A model generated the notes under the pieces. It ran no database searches. It worked only from the letters and a program-made list of their open reading frames with translations, and was not told where the DNA came from. From a virus (taxonomy: Duplodnaviria; Caudoviricetes): DNA of 50,531 nucleotides. The translations under genes and the position numbers were made by a program. Positions within the stretch are counted from its first letter, which is position 1; every line of letters starts with the position of its first letter. The stretch spans positions 1 through 50,531 of IMG/VR virus record IMGVR_UViG_3300044620_000612; one strand, 5' to 3'. This document shows positions 9,709-19,010 of the stretch, in pieces.

Positions 9709-10070
9709 TTCTTTTTCTTCCTTTTCAGTTTTGCGTTCTCTTCTTCCAATTCAATAACTCTAGCCATCAATCGCTCATGCACTTCATCTTTAATTGAATC
9801 GTAAAGCCTAGGTACATTTGAAGCATTCTCTACTGGGTTTTTATCTACACGAATCTGTATGTTCAACTTGTAGTATTGCTCCTTAAAAGTTGGTTGAACA
9901 TACTGCATCCCATCTTCTAAGGAATTAATAGTCTCAGCATTCATAATGTATTCTGGATAAATCTTAATGTCTGTAACATTTGGTATTTTCAATCCAAAAA
10001 ATTGAAGGTCTACTCCAGATGATTCATCGCTTGGTAAAATTGTCCAAGGCGAACTGCCAATATTGCTCAT
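9705..10070 (-). CDS. Hypothetical protein
   Basis: AGGAG RBS; stop overlaps the next start. Confidence 0.65.
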   Translation of the reverse strand: MSNIGSSPWTILPSDESSGVDLQFFGLKIPNVTDIKIYPEYIMNAETINSLEDGMQYVQPTFKEQYYKLNIQIRVDKNPVENASNVPRLYDSIKDEVHERLMARVIELEEENAKLKRKKKK

Positions 10071-10083
10071 TTTGTTCTCCTAT

Positions 10084-10130
10084 TTCACCCCCAAGGAATC
10101 GAACCTTGGCGCACACAACCAGCAGATGAA
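10084..10130 (-). ncRNA. Miniature tRNA-like element lacking an anticodon arm
   Basis: TTCATCT/GGGTGAA acceptor-like stem, GC-TGGT linker, CCAAGG-TTCGATT-CCTTGG T-arm. Confidence 0.5.
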
Positions 10131-10273
10131 CATGAAAGTAGCATCGATTTGCGAAGTGGCCATATTCTAAATGGCCTTAATGTTTAGACCCAATATGGTT
10201 GCCGTCCTTCATTCCTCCCGGTTTAATTTCCCTAATTGCACGGGAGATCAATTAGGTTTTCCACTCAAGTGGT

Positions 10274-10732
10274 TCATCGTGCAATAGAGCAGGCAGCGCA
10301 AAGGCTTTGCTCTACTGGTATACCTCTAACCCCGCAATCAAAACAGACATTATCCACACTTCCAAGGTCTGAGTGGGACTTGCCGTTTTTCAGCCAAAAG
10401 AATATTTTGTAGTATTCTTCCTCCCCGCCCCATAAATCGTATGTGGCTTTTTGTAAGACAGAATTCATCCGATTATCAAGATTAGCCTCGCCAACACGCC
10501 CCAGAATAGAGGCGCAAACTTCATCACCTGTTCCTATTTCCATGCCATCTCTCTGGACAGTTACCCTTGGCTTTTCGCCAGTTCCTACCCAAGAAAGTGA
10601 CTCTCTCGATATTTTGTACGAACCAATAGTGACGCTATCTGGCCCGCACTTAATTGCGCTAGGCGGTTTTGGGCGACTCATTATCCGAATTATTTGAATC
10701 AGATTGCATTCTTGTGCTGTAAGCAATTCCAT
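10274..10732 (-). CDS. Hypothetical protein with C-terminal zinc ribbon
   Basis: CFDC...CAAC; AAGGA RBS. Confidence 0.6.
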   Translation of the reverse strand: MELLTAQECNLIQIIRIMSRPKPPSAIKCGPDSVTIGSYKISRESLSWVGTGEKPRVTVQRDGMEIGTGDEVCASILGRVGEANLDNRMNSVLQKATYDLWGGEEEYYKIFFWLKNGKSHSDLGSVDNVCFDCGVRGIPVEQSLCAACSIAR

Positions 10733-10803
10733 ATCCTTTTCCTTTCATATAAAACCCAACCAGAGGGGGGATTGTGCGTTCCACCCCTCCAGCTGGATAG
10801 GCC

Positions 10804-11139
10804 TTAGCGGTAGCGGACTACTGCAATCCACATTCCGTTATTCAGACGAGCAGTGCCAATATCGACTGCATTGCGCTTGCCCCAATAGCAGCAATTTTGA
10901 ATTGCGCCCTGCTGAGTCGATGCCATGCCGATCCCTTCAAACAGTCCAGCTGGATGACCATGATGACGGAATCGACCAGTTTCAACAATCAGCAATGCTG
11001 CATTTTGGGCTGTTGAGGTATCGCCTTTAACTGCCACAACTGGAGCAGCTGCAACTACCCGTGTCTTGCGAAATACACCAGCATCAGAAGACTGTACCAA
11101 ACCAAGGCAAGCAGCAAGGCCAAGAGCAAATCGAAACAT
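10804..11139 (-). CDS. Secreted small protein, CAP/SCP-like
   Basis: Signal peptide MFRFALGLAACLGLVQSSDA; HHG...EGIG...CCYWG...WIAVVRY; AGGAG RBS before ATG 11139. Confidence 0.6.
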   Translation of the reverse strand: MFRFALGLAACLGLVQSSDAGVFRKTRVVAAAPVVAVKGDTSTAQNAALLIVETGRFRHHGHPAGLFEGIGMASTQQGAIQNCCYWGKRNAVDIGTARLNNGMWIAVVRYR

Positions 11140-11152
11140 AAAGAACTCCTTT

Positions 11153-11371
11153 TCAAAATCGGACTTCATCCTTCTCATATTCCTCAACAACCCGTTCGAG
11201 GAATCCAAGCTCGACGACAAGAACTTTGATTAATTCTATCAATTTCTTCGTGTCATCGTAGTTTACTATATGCGGAACTTGGTCTATTCTATGAATGATG
11301 CTCAAAAATTCTTTTCGAGTCATCCTTGATTTATTAGGCCAGAACTCTGGCCATACATCATCCTGATTCAT
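11153..11371 (-). CDS. Hypothetical protein
   Basis: GGAGG RBS; fits the operon. Confidence 0.55.
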   Translation of the reverse strand: MNQDDVWPEFWPNKSRMTRKEFLSIIHRIDQVPHIVNYDDTKKLIELIKVLVVELGFLERVVEEYEKDEVRF

Positions 11372-11702
11372 TGCCATCCTCCGGTTCAATATTATCAATC
11401 TCTTTTTTAATTCGCTTCATCTCATGCACCAAAGTACCAAGCAATCCTCCAGCCTTCCTCAAATGTCTAATACTTTCATCGTAATTCTTTTTTGGACGAG
11501 TTATATAATGAATCACAGTAAAAGACATATACATGAAAATGTACTTGTAGCGCAATGAGCAAAAATCTGGAATTAACTTTTCAGAATCTAGATGATCTAT
11601 TCCTTCACCAGAATCGAGTAATTTAGATACACGAACAATATCGTCATACTCAAAATCGGCATCAATAGCATCGTCAATAAATTCCTCAAATTCACTGCTC
11701 AT
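11358..11702 (-). CDS. Hypothetical protein
   Basis: GAGG RBS immediately after the primase stop. Confidence 0.6.
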   Translation of the reverse strand: MSSEFEEFIDDAIDADFEYDDIVRVSKLLDSGEGIDHLDSEKLIPDFCSLRYKYIFMYMSFTVIHYITRPKKNYDESIRHLRKAGGLLGTLVHEMKRIKKEIDNIEPEDGNESG

Positions 11703-11704
11703 TG

Positions 11705-13753
11705 CTACCTCAGCCGGGCAAATTGCACTCCGTTTACAGGCGCAATGGTTGCCATATCGTTTAGACTATCTTGTACTTCAGTAACATTATATCCACAATT
11801 AATGGCATCACGGATAAGTAAATCAACCAATTTCCTACCAGTAGATAGATATGATCCTATCCACCAGCGAATATCCATTGTTGGCGCATTTTGGACTTGG
11901 CCGGGAACAACATAATCATTCCCAGAATTGCCCATGCGAACATCTAATTCAGCAGGTATAACGCTATTCGATTTAGATACGAATAGCCGACGAATATTGC
12001 TGTTTGCCGGTTCGCCATCCACTCTGGACAGGTTAATCATTTGACGGCATTGGCCAACGATACGCCTACCCAGTGCTTCTCCACCAGAAGATAAATGCGT
12101 TACCATGACAATCGAGGTATTGGTTCTCTGGGCTATCTCAGCTAATGGCCGAAAATACTTAACACCATCCTCTGGGCGCATCGTGTTGTGACTTGTGCTG
12201 TTCATCACAGTATCAACAAAGACCAGACTAACCCCAATGCGCTTTATGCGATCTTCAAGCATTTTGAATTGATCTGGTTTATCCAGCATCGTTCCTTCCG
12301 TTGGATCGTCATTCCAGCCATTCAAATAGATGGCATCAGCTGGAATTCCAAACTGTTCGGGAAATTGGGCTATTTCGCCCCACTGATTGTCGCAGCATAA
12401 CCACAATACTTTTGATCCCTTATCCAGTGTTGGAGCAGTTCCATCCGGCCAAGGCATATGGTTATAAACACGCCTTGCCAAGTCAGCGCACAATCGAGTC
12501 TTACCAGCACCCGGTTCAGCAGCTATGCCAACTAGCACACCTCGTTGAATCCATCCCGGCCAAATCCACTGCATGGACTGCCCAAGGCGAATGAGGTCAG
12601 CAACAGTTGCATCGCTCTTATCTGCTGGAACAGTTTTAGTTGATTCGGAAATCGTCTGCTTTTTAATCAAACTACCAATTTTCGATTGGTCGATTTTTCC
12701 GGCAGCAGATGAAATTTTATGGGCTAAATCGCTATCGCTCCAAGGAGGTTGGCATCCCTGATTCCAATCACGAATAGCTGCAAGTGCGTCTGGTTCACTT
12801 AAACCAAAACCCTCCAACAGGATGGAGGCAACCCGATAAGTTTTGTTGTGGCCACTCTGCCCTGATACAGCTGGTTCAATATTTGAAATATACTTCTTAG
12901 CCAAATCCAATGGGCTTTTGACTGTGTCTTGATTAGATGAGTAAGCATTCTGCTCACGCCATGCCTCAACTAATTTCTGAATAGATTCAGTATTAGCTTT
13001 CCTCGCCTCTGGACTGGTATCGCCAACAGATACTATTCCAGTGCAACGCCAAGGCCTTTCAGCTGTAGAGTCGCCTTTTCGAGCCATTGTGCCGTACACA
13101 CGAACCATGCGCTGGACATCGAATGTAACCTTGTCGATCTTTGCGCCAGACGATATACACCTGCTACTTAGCTCAGAAAGGAATTCCTTTATAAGGTGAT
13201 CACTTGCTTTGTTGGCGGGCATATCCACTGGATAGAGCAGATGGCAACCATTGCCAGAATCGGCCTTGATTGGATCCCTGAAGCCGAATGCTTCCAATGT
13301 GGCGATTGCATCGTCTGCAAGCTCAAACGCTTTGCTGCGCTCAAATTCAGTGGCGGAAACATCGCTTGGCCGATTAGAATCACAGTCAATAAATAACCAT
13401 CGGCGTGAAATAGTTTCCTTTGAACTACTGGACTTAATCTTGGTTAGGAATGGCTTGCGCCAAACAGATTGATTTAGATTGGCCAGATCAGGATTGACCG
13501 GGTTAGAAACCAGATAGATTCCAACGCATTCGTTTTTAGAATCTATTTTGTGTACATCGGTTGCAACCGTTTCAGCATCCCGGCCAAAGTAGTATTGGTT
13601 ACGGCATATGCGGGAATCTTCATTCTGCGGGGAGCGTAGAAGAGCCCGAACCTCAGTGAGAGATTCGGGCTCAACCAGCAGGCGAATGGAATCGGCGATA
13701 CCAAAGATAGCCATCCTATATCCCTTCCAATCAAAGAATCTCTTCAGACTCAA
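11705..13753 (-). CDS. Primase-helicase (AEP-like primase + PriCT-like domain + RecA-fold AAA_25-like ATPase); start may be 13714
   Basis: FIDCD and DSGNGCH primase motifs; AVSGQSGHN...WNQGCQPPWS domain; Walker A AEPGAGKT, Walker B VFVDT. Confidence 0.85.
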   Translation of the reverse strand: MSLKRFFDWKGYRMAIFGIADSIRLLVEPESLTEVRALLRSPQNEDSRICRNQYYFGRDAETVATDVHKIDSKNECVGIYLVSNPVNPDLANLNQSVWRKPFLTKIKSSSSKETISRRWLFIDCDSNRPSDVSATEFERSKAFELADDAIATLEAFGFRDPIKADSGNGCHLLYPVDMPANKASDHLIKEFLSELSSRCISSGAKIDKVTFDVQRMVRVYGTMARKGDSTAERPWRCTGIVSVGDTSPEARKANTESIQKLVEAWREQNAYSSNQDTVKSPLDLAKKYISNIEPAVSGQSGHNKTYRVASILLEGFGLSEPDALAAIRDWNQGCQPPWSDSDLAHKISSAAGKIDQSKIGSLIKKQTISESTKTVPADKSDATVADLIRLGQSMQWIWPGWIQRGVLVGIAAEPGAGKTRLCADLARRVYNHMPWPDGTAPTLDKGSKVLWLCCDNQWGEIAQFPEQFGIPADAIYLNGWNDDPTEGTMLDKPDQFKMLEDRIKRIGVSLVFVDTVMNSTSHNTMRPEDGVKYFRPLAEIAQRTNTSIVMVTHLSSGGEALGRRIVGQCRQMINLSRVDGEPANSNIRRLFVSKSNSVIPAELDVRMGNSGNDYVVPGQVQNAPTMDIRWWIGSYLSTGRKLVDLLIRDAINCGYNVTEVQDSLNDMATIAPVNGVQFARLR

Positions 13754-14072
13754 TCATAGGATCTTCGCCTTCTGGCTCAGAATCTACATGGGATTTTGGC
13801 CCCCGAATTCCAGACATGAATGTAATATCATTCTGGTTTTCCCATATCCAATCGGTCACAACTTCATCGTTGGTATACCACCTACTACCAATTCGGATAG
13901 CAGGCAGTTTCCCAACCAAAACCCAATTTGACAAAGTGAGATTCGAGAAGTGCTTGCTCAGGAAACATTCGCTCACTGGAACGATAATGCCACCCGATTT
14001 CATCACTTCCATGATCCGCTTATCGAAGATATTGGGCTTGCGCTTATCAACTGTAATTGTTGGTTCGCTCAT
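13731..14072 (-). CDS. Excisionase-like (MerR/HTH_17-type) DNA-binding protein
   Basis: TLSNWVLVGKLPAIRIGSRWYT motif. Confidence 0.6.
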   Translation of the reverse strand: MSEPTITVDKRKPNIFDKRIMEVMKSGGIIVPVSECFLSKHFSNLTLSNWVLVGKLPAIRIGSRWYTNDEVVTDWIWENQNDITFMSGIRGPKSHVDSEPEGEDPMIESEEIL

Positions 14073-14569
14073 TAGAATGGAGTCTCCTGTACTGGTTCCT
14101 CAGATTCGGCCTTCTTGAGACTTGTCACAGTGATATTGTGGTAAGTCTTACCAGTGGTCTGGTTCGTGTTGGCCTTTTTACGGCCATTGAAAACCTTGCC
14201 AATGGATTTAGAAATAGCCCCCATCAGCAGCTTGGATAGTGGAACACCGGACTTCTTCCACTCACGATCCAGACTGCCAAGCAGCACCAGATCTGAACCA
14301 AGAATGTTCAAGGCAACCGGCTTAGCAAAGTAGCTGGTACGGTCAACACTGGCTCCAACACAGCTTGGGCCAGCTTCAACCTTCAGGCTCCAGCGCAGAA
14401 TTGGATTGCCAGTCTGCTCAATCTTGGACAGTTCCATATCGGTGATCTTGAAGACATAGTTGCCATCTTCAAGTGCATCCGCATTAACCTTGCTGGACGG
14501 ATCGAATTCTGAAGCCATCGAGTCAATAAGATCTTCGACCCAGTCATAATTCGGTTGATCGCTAGACAT
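14072..14569 (-). CDS. ssDNA-binding protein (DUF669-like)
   Basis: LEDGNYVFKITDME...GNPILRWSLKV; acidic tail ending in PF; AGGAG RBS. Confidence 0.7.
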   Translation of the reverse strand: MSSDQPNYDWVEDLIDSMASEFDPSSKVNADALEDGNYVFKITDMELSKIEQTGNPILRWSLKVEAGPSCVGASVDRTSYFAKPVALNILGSDLVLLGSLDREWKKSGVPLSKLLMGAISKSIGKVFNGRKKANTNQTTGKTYHNITVTSLKKAESEEPVQETPF

Positions 14570-14585
14570 AATTCGCCAACTCCTA

Positions 14586-16169
14586 TCATCGGTGAGAAAA
14601 ACGAGGCTTAGGCATTTGCCTGCTGGCAATATCCCCAATCCACTGGTTAAGTTCTGGCCTACTTGCACCAGACCCATCTGCAAACACTAGATGGCTTTTA
14701 GCTCTTGTCAGGGCGACATAGAGCAGATTCTTTTCCTGCTGGAAGGCCTCTTCGTCCTTCGCACGGATACACATTAGATCGGGGCGAAGCAGTGTAACAT
14801 TATCAGCCTCCAACCCCTTGGCCCTATGTATCGAGGATAGATTCACTTTGTTCACATCTTCCGATTCAGTGAATAGATCTCGACACAATGAAATCATCTG
14901 TTCGATTGTTTCGCACTCTTGAGACAGTTCCGTTATACATTCCACCTTATCTTTAAGAGCATCGAATGCAGTTTCATGGGCATCACGATCAAGCAGCTTT
15001 TTCTGCTCCCGTTCGTTCCATCGACCCAATCGGGAATGTAGATCCTTAATATCGAGAGGGTCAAGTTTAACAACCAGATTAACTATATCGTCTCCAATCG
15101 ACTTACCCTTAACAGCGCATGGTACTTTCAATCGCATAAGATTATAAGCTGCTCCAACGAGTGGGGCATTGTTTCGACAGATAATTAGATCGCCCGCCTT
15201 AGCCTGCCCAGCAAGAGCATATTTAGTTATCTGACTAATATCACCTTTAATCGCATCTGGACGGGCTTCAATATGCGGAACAAGCATACGAGCTAATTCT
15301 AGATGAGATGACGGGCAACGCCAGCAGACTGACAGGGGCATCGACTTGGCATCTAGCTGGTTGGTCAGATTTTTAAACGAGTGGGTATCTGCTCCAGCCC
15401 ATCCCATAATCGACTGGTATGGATCTCCCACTATAACTGTGTTGGCTGATACGCTGAGGATCAGTTTCTGCTGACAGGGATTAAAATCTTGGGCCTCATC
15501 TGCAAATAGCAAATCATAATCCTTATTTGCTATTCCAAGGCGGACAGGCAACCAGATCATATCCGCAAAATCCATCTCCACTATATGCTGCGGATCAGAT
15601 CCAATCTCAAGGATGTGAAACGCTGCACCAATAACTTCATCCACATACTGCTTGGCTGGAAGAGTAATACCTTGAATATCAGCAGCTTTGCAAACCTGAT
15701 CCCGTAGCACCTGAGTCAAGGTATCGACAGGAATTGCCTGACTACGAATCAGATTGATTAGAGCGAATAGGCTGGCCACTTCTGGACGCAACCAGCTTTT
15801 AGTTCCACGGGATTCGAAATAGTTTGGGTAGATAGCCTTGGCAATTTTTTGGTACTTCTTGCCGTATTGGTCAATTTGTAGGGACGGGATCTTGGATTTA
15901 ACCAGTCTCATGCCCAGTGAATGAAGAGTGGATGCTTGTGCCGATCCATCTAGCTTCTTGCCAAGCTCTTCGGCAATGGCTTTATTAAACGCAGTAAATG
16001 CAATCTTACCAAATTTCTTAGCAGCATATTTTGCAGCTTGGACAGCGGTAGTTGTTTTACCGCTGCCAGCCACAGCATTGACACTGATGTTCCCAGATTC
16101 AGTTTGGCGCAGCTTTTTATTGCCCGCTAGAATATCATAGATTGATTGTTGCTGAGCCGTAGGAATCAT
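14586..16169 (-). CDS. UvrD/Rep superfamily 1 helicase
   Basis: AVAGSGKTT, DEAQD, VGDPYQSI, WRCP, SIHRAKGLE, YVALTRAK. Confidence 0.95.
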   Translation of the reverse strand: MIPTAQQQSIYDILAGNKKLRQTESGNISVNAVAGSGKTTTAVQAAKYAAKKFGKIAFTAFNKAIAEELGKKLDGSAQASTLHSLGMRLVKSKIPSLQIDQYGKKYQKIAKAIYPNYFESRGTKSWLRPEVASLFALINLIRSQAIPVDTLTQVLRDQVCKAADIQGITLPAKQYVDEVIGAAFHILEIGSDPQHIVEMDFADMIWLPVRLGIANKDYDLLFADEAQDFNPCQQKLILSVSANTVIVGDPYQSIMGWAGADTHSFKNLTNQLDAKSMPLSVCWRCPSSHLELARMLVPHIEARPDAIKGDISQITKYALAGQAKAGDLIICRNNAPLVGAAYNLMRLKVPCAVKGKSIGDDIVNLVVKLDPLDIKDLHSRLGRWNEREQKKLLDRDAHETAFDALKDKVECITELSQECETIEQMISLCRDLFTESEDVNKVNLSSIHRAKGLEADNVTLLRPDLMCIRAKDEEAFQQEKNLLYVALTRAKSHLVFADGSGASRPELNQWIGDIASRQMPKPRFSHR

Positions 16170-16195
16170 AGTTAATTCTCCTATCCTATCCTGTT

Positions 16196-16897
16196 TTACT
16201 GTTGAACTGTATCAAGCCACTCGTTTACTTCTCTAATATCATAGTCAGTCATTGTCGAAGAGTCAAGTTTAGGAAATTTATTTTTCATGGTTTCCTTTAG
16301 ATTTTCAACATTTTTTGCAACCTCAGAGAACCTAGCAAACAATGCAGCTTTGTCAGCTTTAGAAGCAAACTTAACTGTTGTTTGGGCAGAGTAGTTTGGA
16401 ATATCTGAAACCTCTGTTTCATCTAGAAATCCTAAACCGCACATTGCCAGAGTGGTTCGCCTGATTGCTTTAGTATGCGCTTTCATAAACGCATTGGCCA
16501 GATCCACGCCAACCAAAGTCTTAGGGATAAATACATCTCCACGATTAATAGAGATGCGTCCATCCCTGTCTTGCATTTTAACACGAACTGTAAAGATACC
16601 AGTCTCTTTGTTATATGATTCATCTGCTTCGATTATGGACAGTCCATATAACTTAGACAGTTGGTCAGTGCAGTTCCGCTTGGCATACAGAACTTCTTTT
16701 CCTTGCAAGTTAAAGAACCCGAATGGTTGCCCAAGCGGATTCAATCCCATGCTTTCGCAAGTCTTATTGAGGAGTGCCATACGCTCCTCTGGGCTTAGCT
16801 TACTGTAATCATTCTTAACCAGTGCTGATTCAACAGCAGACCAATTGACTGGCTTTTTCTCAACAATCGCACTATCAACCTTCGCTTCAATTTCCAT
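16196..16897 (-). CDS. Single-strand annealing protein (RecT/Rad52-like)
   Basis: CESMGLNPL...LYAKRNCTDQL...NAFMKAHTKAIRRTTLAMCGLGFLDETEV. Confidence 0.75.
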   Translation of the reverse strand: MEIEAKVDSAIVEKKPVNWSAVESALVKNDYSKLSPEERMALLNKTCESMGLNPLGQPFGFFNLQGKEVLYAKRNCTDQLSKLYGLSIIEADESYNKETGIFTVRVKMQDRDGRISINRGDVFIPKTLVGVDLANAFMKAHTKAIRRTTLAMCGLGFLDETEVSDIPNYSAQTTVKFASKADKAALFARFSEVAKNVENLKETMKNKFPKLDSSTMTDYDIREVNEWLDTVQQ

Positions 16898-16930
16898 TTC
16901 AATCTCCTTTTAATCGGGAAAACAACCACA

Positions 16931-17212
16931 CTATCGCAGCAACTCACTCCGTAAAATACGAACATTATCCGACATGATTAGACGCAAGGATACTCTCCCG
17001 CCTTCTATTCTTTCCAGATAGATTGCATCACCATCAAGACCAATCGAATCATCGGGGAACAAATCATAGCGCACACCATCCAAGGTGAGGCGGGCAGAAC
17101 CATCTGGATTAATCATTTCAAATTTAACACGCCTATCCAATCCTCCTTTATATTTGAGTTGAATTTCTTCAGTCATTTTACGCATAATAACTAAGCCACC
17201 AATACGCTGCAT
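16931..17212 (-). CDS. csrA: CsrA/RsmA-like translational regulator with internal insertion
   Basis: N-terminal LVIMRKMTEEI and C-terminal IYLERIEGGRVSLRLIMSDNVRILRSEL match the CsrA strands and the R-E-E-L-type motif. Confidence 0.65.
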   Translation of the reverse strand: MQRIGGLVIMRKMTEEIQLKYKGGLDRRVKFEMINPDGSARLTLDGVRYDLFPDDSIGLDGDAIYLERIEGGRVSLRLIMSDNVRILRSELLR

Positions 17213-17222
17213 TCCATTCTCC

Positions 17223-17729
17223 TTATGCCATACTCTTAGCTACAATAACCAACAGCATTTCCAATCGCTCAATCTGCCAACGACCGTTGTTCAGAATCTT
17301 TAGATTAGAAATACACACTTCGGGCACAACATCATTCAGCAACGAGTTGATTTCGTTAAGCCCACATACACTATACGCAACCGAAATAATCTGATCTTGA
17401 CTTAACGGCAATGCACCAAGGTAGTTTTGGATCATGCCACTCGCCAAGATGAACGGATGCTCTGGTGGGAAACTATCAACCGAAATCTTCTCACGCAAAA
17501 ATGCTAACGCCTTGGTTGCATTGTTGTGTATGAAGTACTTCATCAGCTGATTGTAGATAGCACCATCATGAGTTCCATCCAGATCCTTTATGGAGATCCG
17601 CATCATATCGACAGTTTCGGCATGAAGCCTACCAATCTGCCTGAAATATATGATCGATGATTCAGTTTCTGGAGAATTCTTTGCCATCGCCAGCCCCCTC
17701 ATTCTGGTGGACTTCGATGTGGGTAACAT
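17223..17729 (-). CDS. Hypothetical protein (start may be ~17687)
   Basis: 168-aa ORF within the leftward operon. Confidence 0.6.
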   Translation of the reverse strand: MLPTSKSTRMRGLAMAKNSPETESSIIYFRQIGRLHAETVDMMRISIKDLDGTHDGAIYNQLMKYFIHNNATKALAFLREKISVDSFPPEHPFILASGMIQNYLGALPLSQDQIISVAYSVCGLNEINSLLNDVVPEVCISNLKILNNGRWQIERLEMLLVIVAKSMA

Positions 17730-17829
17730 ACTTTAGCAGAATGCTAGCAAGAAACCATATCCCAATAAATGTTCCAGCCAATGGAACAAATAAGCAGAAC
17801 CATCCAGCAAACATAAGCGCATTAGTCAT
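17662..17829 (-). CDS. Small membrane protein
   Basis: One TM helix; AAGGA RBS; overlaps neighbours in operon style. Confidence 0.5.
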   Translation of the reverse strand: MTNALMFAGWFCLFVPLAGTFIGIWFLASILLKYVTHIEVHQNEGAGDGKEFSRN

Positions 17830-18070
17830 TTCCTTGTCCTTTCCTCGAATAGGATTCAATCAGGAATCTCAAATAGTTTTGGGCTTTTTGTAAATCCAAA
17901 ACCCCGTTTTTTTCTCGGAACCTGAATAGGTATTTGGTTATGCAGCCAACGCAATAGTCCTCAAATCCCTTCTGCCCAACAGCTGATTCAATTGCATTCC
18001 AGCAGCTGACTCCATCAATAGATTTAGATAGATAATAATCTGGATGGATTGGATTCACTGGCTCAGTCAT
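17822..18070 (-). CDS. DUF3310 (SaV-like) protein
   Basis: HPDYY...YCVGCITKYLFRFREKNGVLDLQKAQNYL. Confidence 0.85.
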   Translation of the reverse strand: MTEPVNPIHPDYYLSKSIDGVSCWNAIESAVGQKGFEDYCVGCITKYLFRFREKNGVLDLQKAQNYLRFLIESYSRKGQGND

Positions 18071-18632
18071 ATAAATACTCCCATTCGATTCCTGATTCCT
18101 GAATAGCTTCACGAATATTCTGTATTGCCAACCGCTTGAGTTCAGTCACATTGTGGTAATGGATTCCTCGCTCCTTAGCGATCTCGCCATGAGATAGACC
18201 ATCCAGATGACGCAGGATAATCTCCCGGCGTTTGCCATCTATCATATTAATCAGTTTGTAGAGAAAATCCTTGTTATATTGCAATACTTCCGAGTCTTCT
18301 AGATCGATTCTATCAGTACAGGATGCTTGAGCTATCACTGAAGATGGATCATCATTATAGCATGGGCGGACTTTGCTAGACCGAATAACTCCTCGACGCA
18401 ATGTCATTCGGCAGAAATGGAATCCCCTAACAGCATATGTGGAAAATCTACATCCACTTGGATCGTATGTGGTAGCTGCTTTCCATAATGCTATCAGTAG
18501 TTCAGACTGATACTCATCATAGGTATAGCCCTTAACTTCTGGATACCTACCCATGTAGAATCCAATTAAACCCAGATTTTCATTAACGAGTTCCTCGACT
18601 GTCCGTGTCCTATTCTCGTCAACCTTCGCCAT
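18063..18632 (-). CDS. Sigma-70-family sigma factor 1
   Basis: Region 2 NLGLI...LWKAATTYDPSGCRFSTYA; region 4 HTH GLSHGEIAKERGI. Confidence 0.85.
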   Translation of the reverse strand: MAKVDENRTRTVEELVNENLGLIGFYMGRYPEVKGYTYDEYQSELLIALWKAATTYDPSGCRFSTYAVRGFHFCRMTLRRGVIRSSKVRPCYNDDPSSVIAQASCTDRIDLEDSEVLQYNKDFLYKLINMIDGKRREIILRHLDGLSHGEIAKERGIHYHNVTELKRLAIQNIREAIQESGIEWEYLYD

Positions 18633-18760
18633 CGTCCTATCTCCTTTTAATTACTGCTTAACTGTGATAGCCACACAACTATCCTTGCTTTGGTATGTGG
18701 CAGTTACTGAAACCTCAATTGGTTTAGGCATAGTTGAATGCCTTGATGATTGGCAACCTA

Positions 18761-19000
18761 CTATCCACGGCAACACGAACAGACTGATGGTGGTGAATCG
18801 CATTGAATGCAAACCTCCTGCTCCGATGATCTTATCCGTATCCTATTACCTGCCATCTCCAGCCAGTCTGTTTTATCGCCCGATTGACCCACAAAATTTA
18901 CTATTTCTTCCGCTAAACCGCAATGGCATTTTTTGTTGGTTTTGGCCAGTTTCTGAATGCCAGTAATGGTAGCAGAACGAAGCATTGATATATCTCCCAA
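18761..19000 (-). CDS. Small Cys-rich hypothetical protein
   Basis: CHC and CIQC motifs; lies between the two sigma genes; start uncertain. Confidence 0.4.
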   Translation of the reverse strand: MGDISMLRSATITGIQKLAKTNKKCHCGLAEEIVNFVGQSGDKTDWLEMAGNRIRIRSSEQEVCIQCDSPPSVCSCCRG

Positions 19001-19010
19001 AAATCATTCA

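Noticed and set aside
10084-10130. Canonical tRNA gene or attP site
   Set aside because: Only 47 nt with no anticodon arm, and no integrase in the genome; kept only as a tRNA-like element.
13731-14072. Excisionase implying a temperate lifestyle
   Set aside because: No recombinase found; this HTH family also acts as a general regulator.
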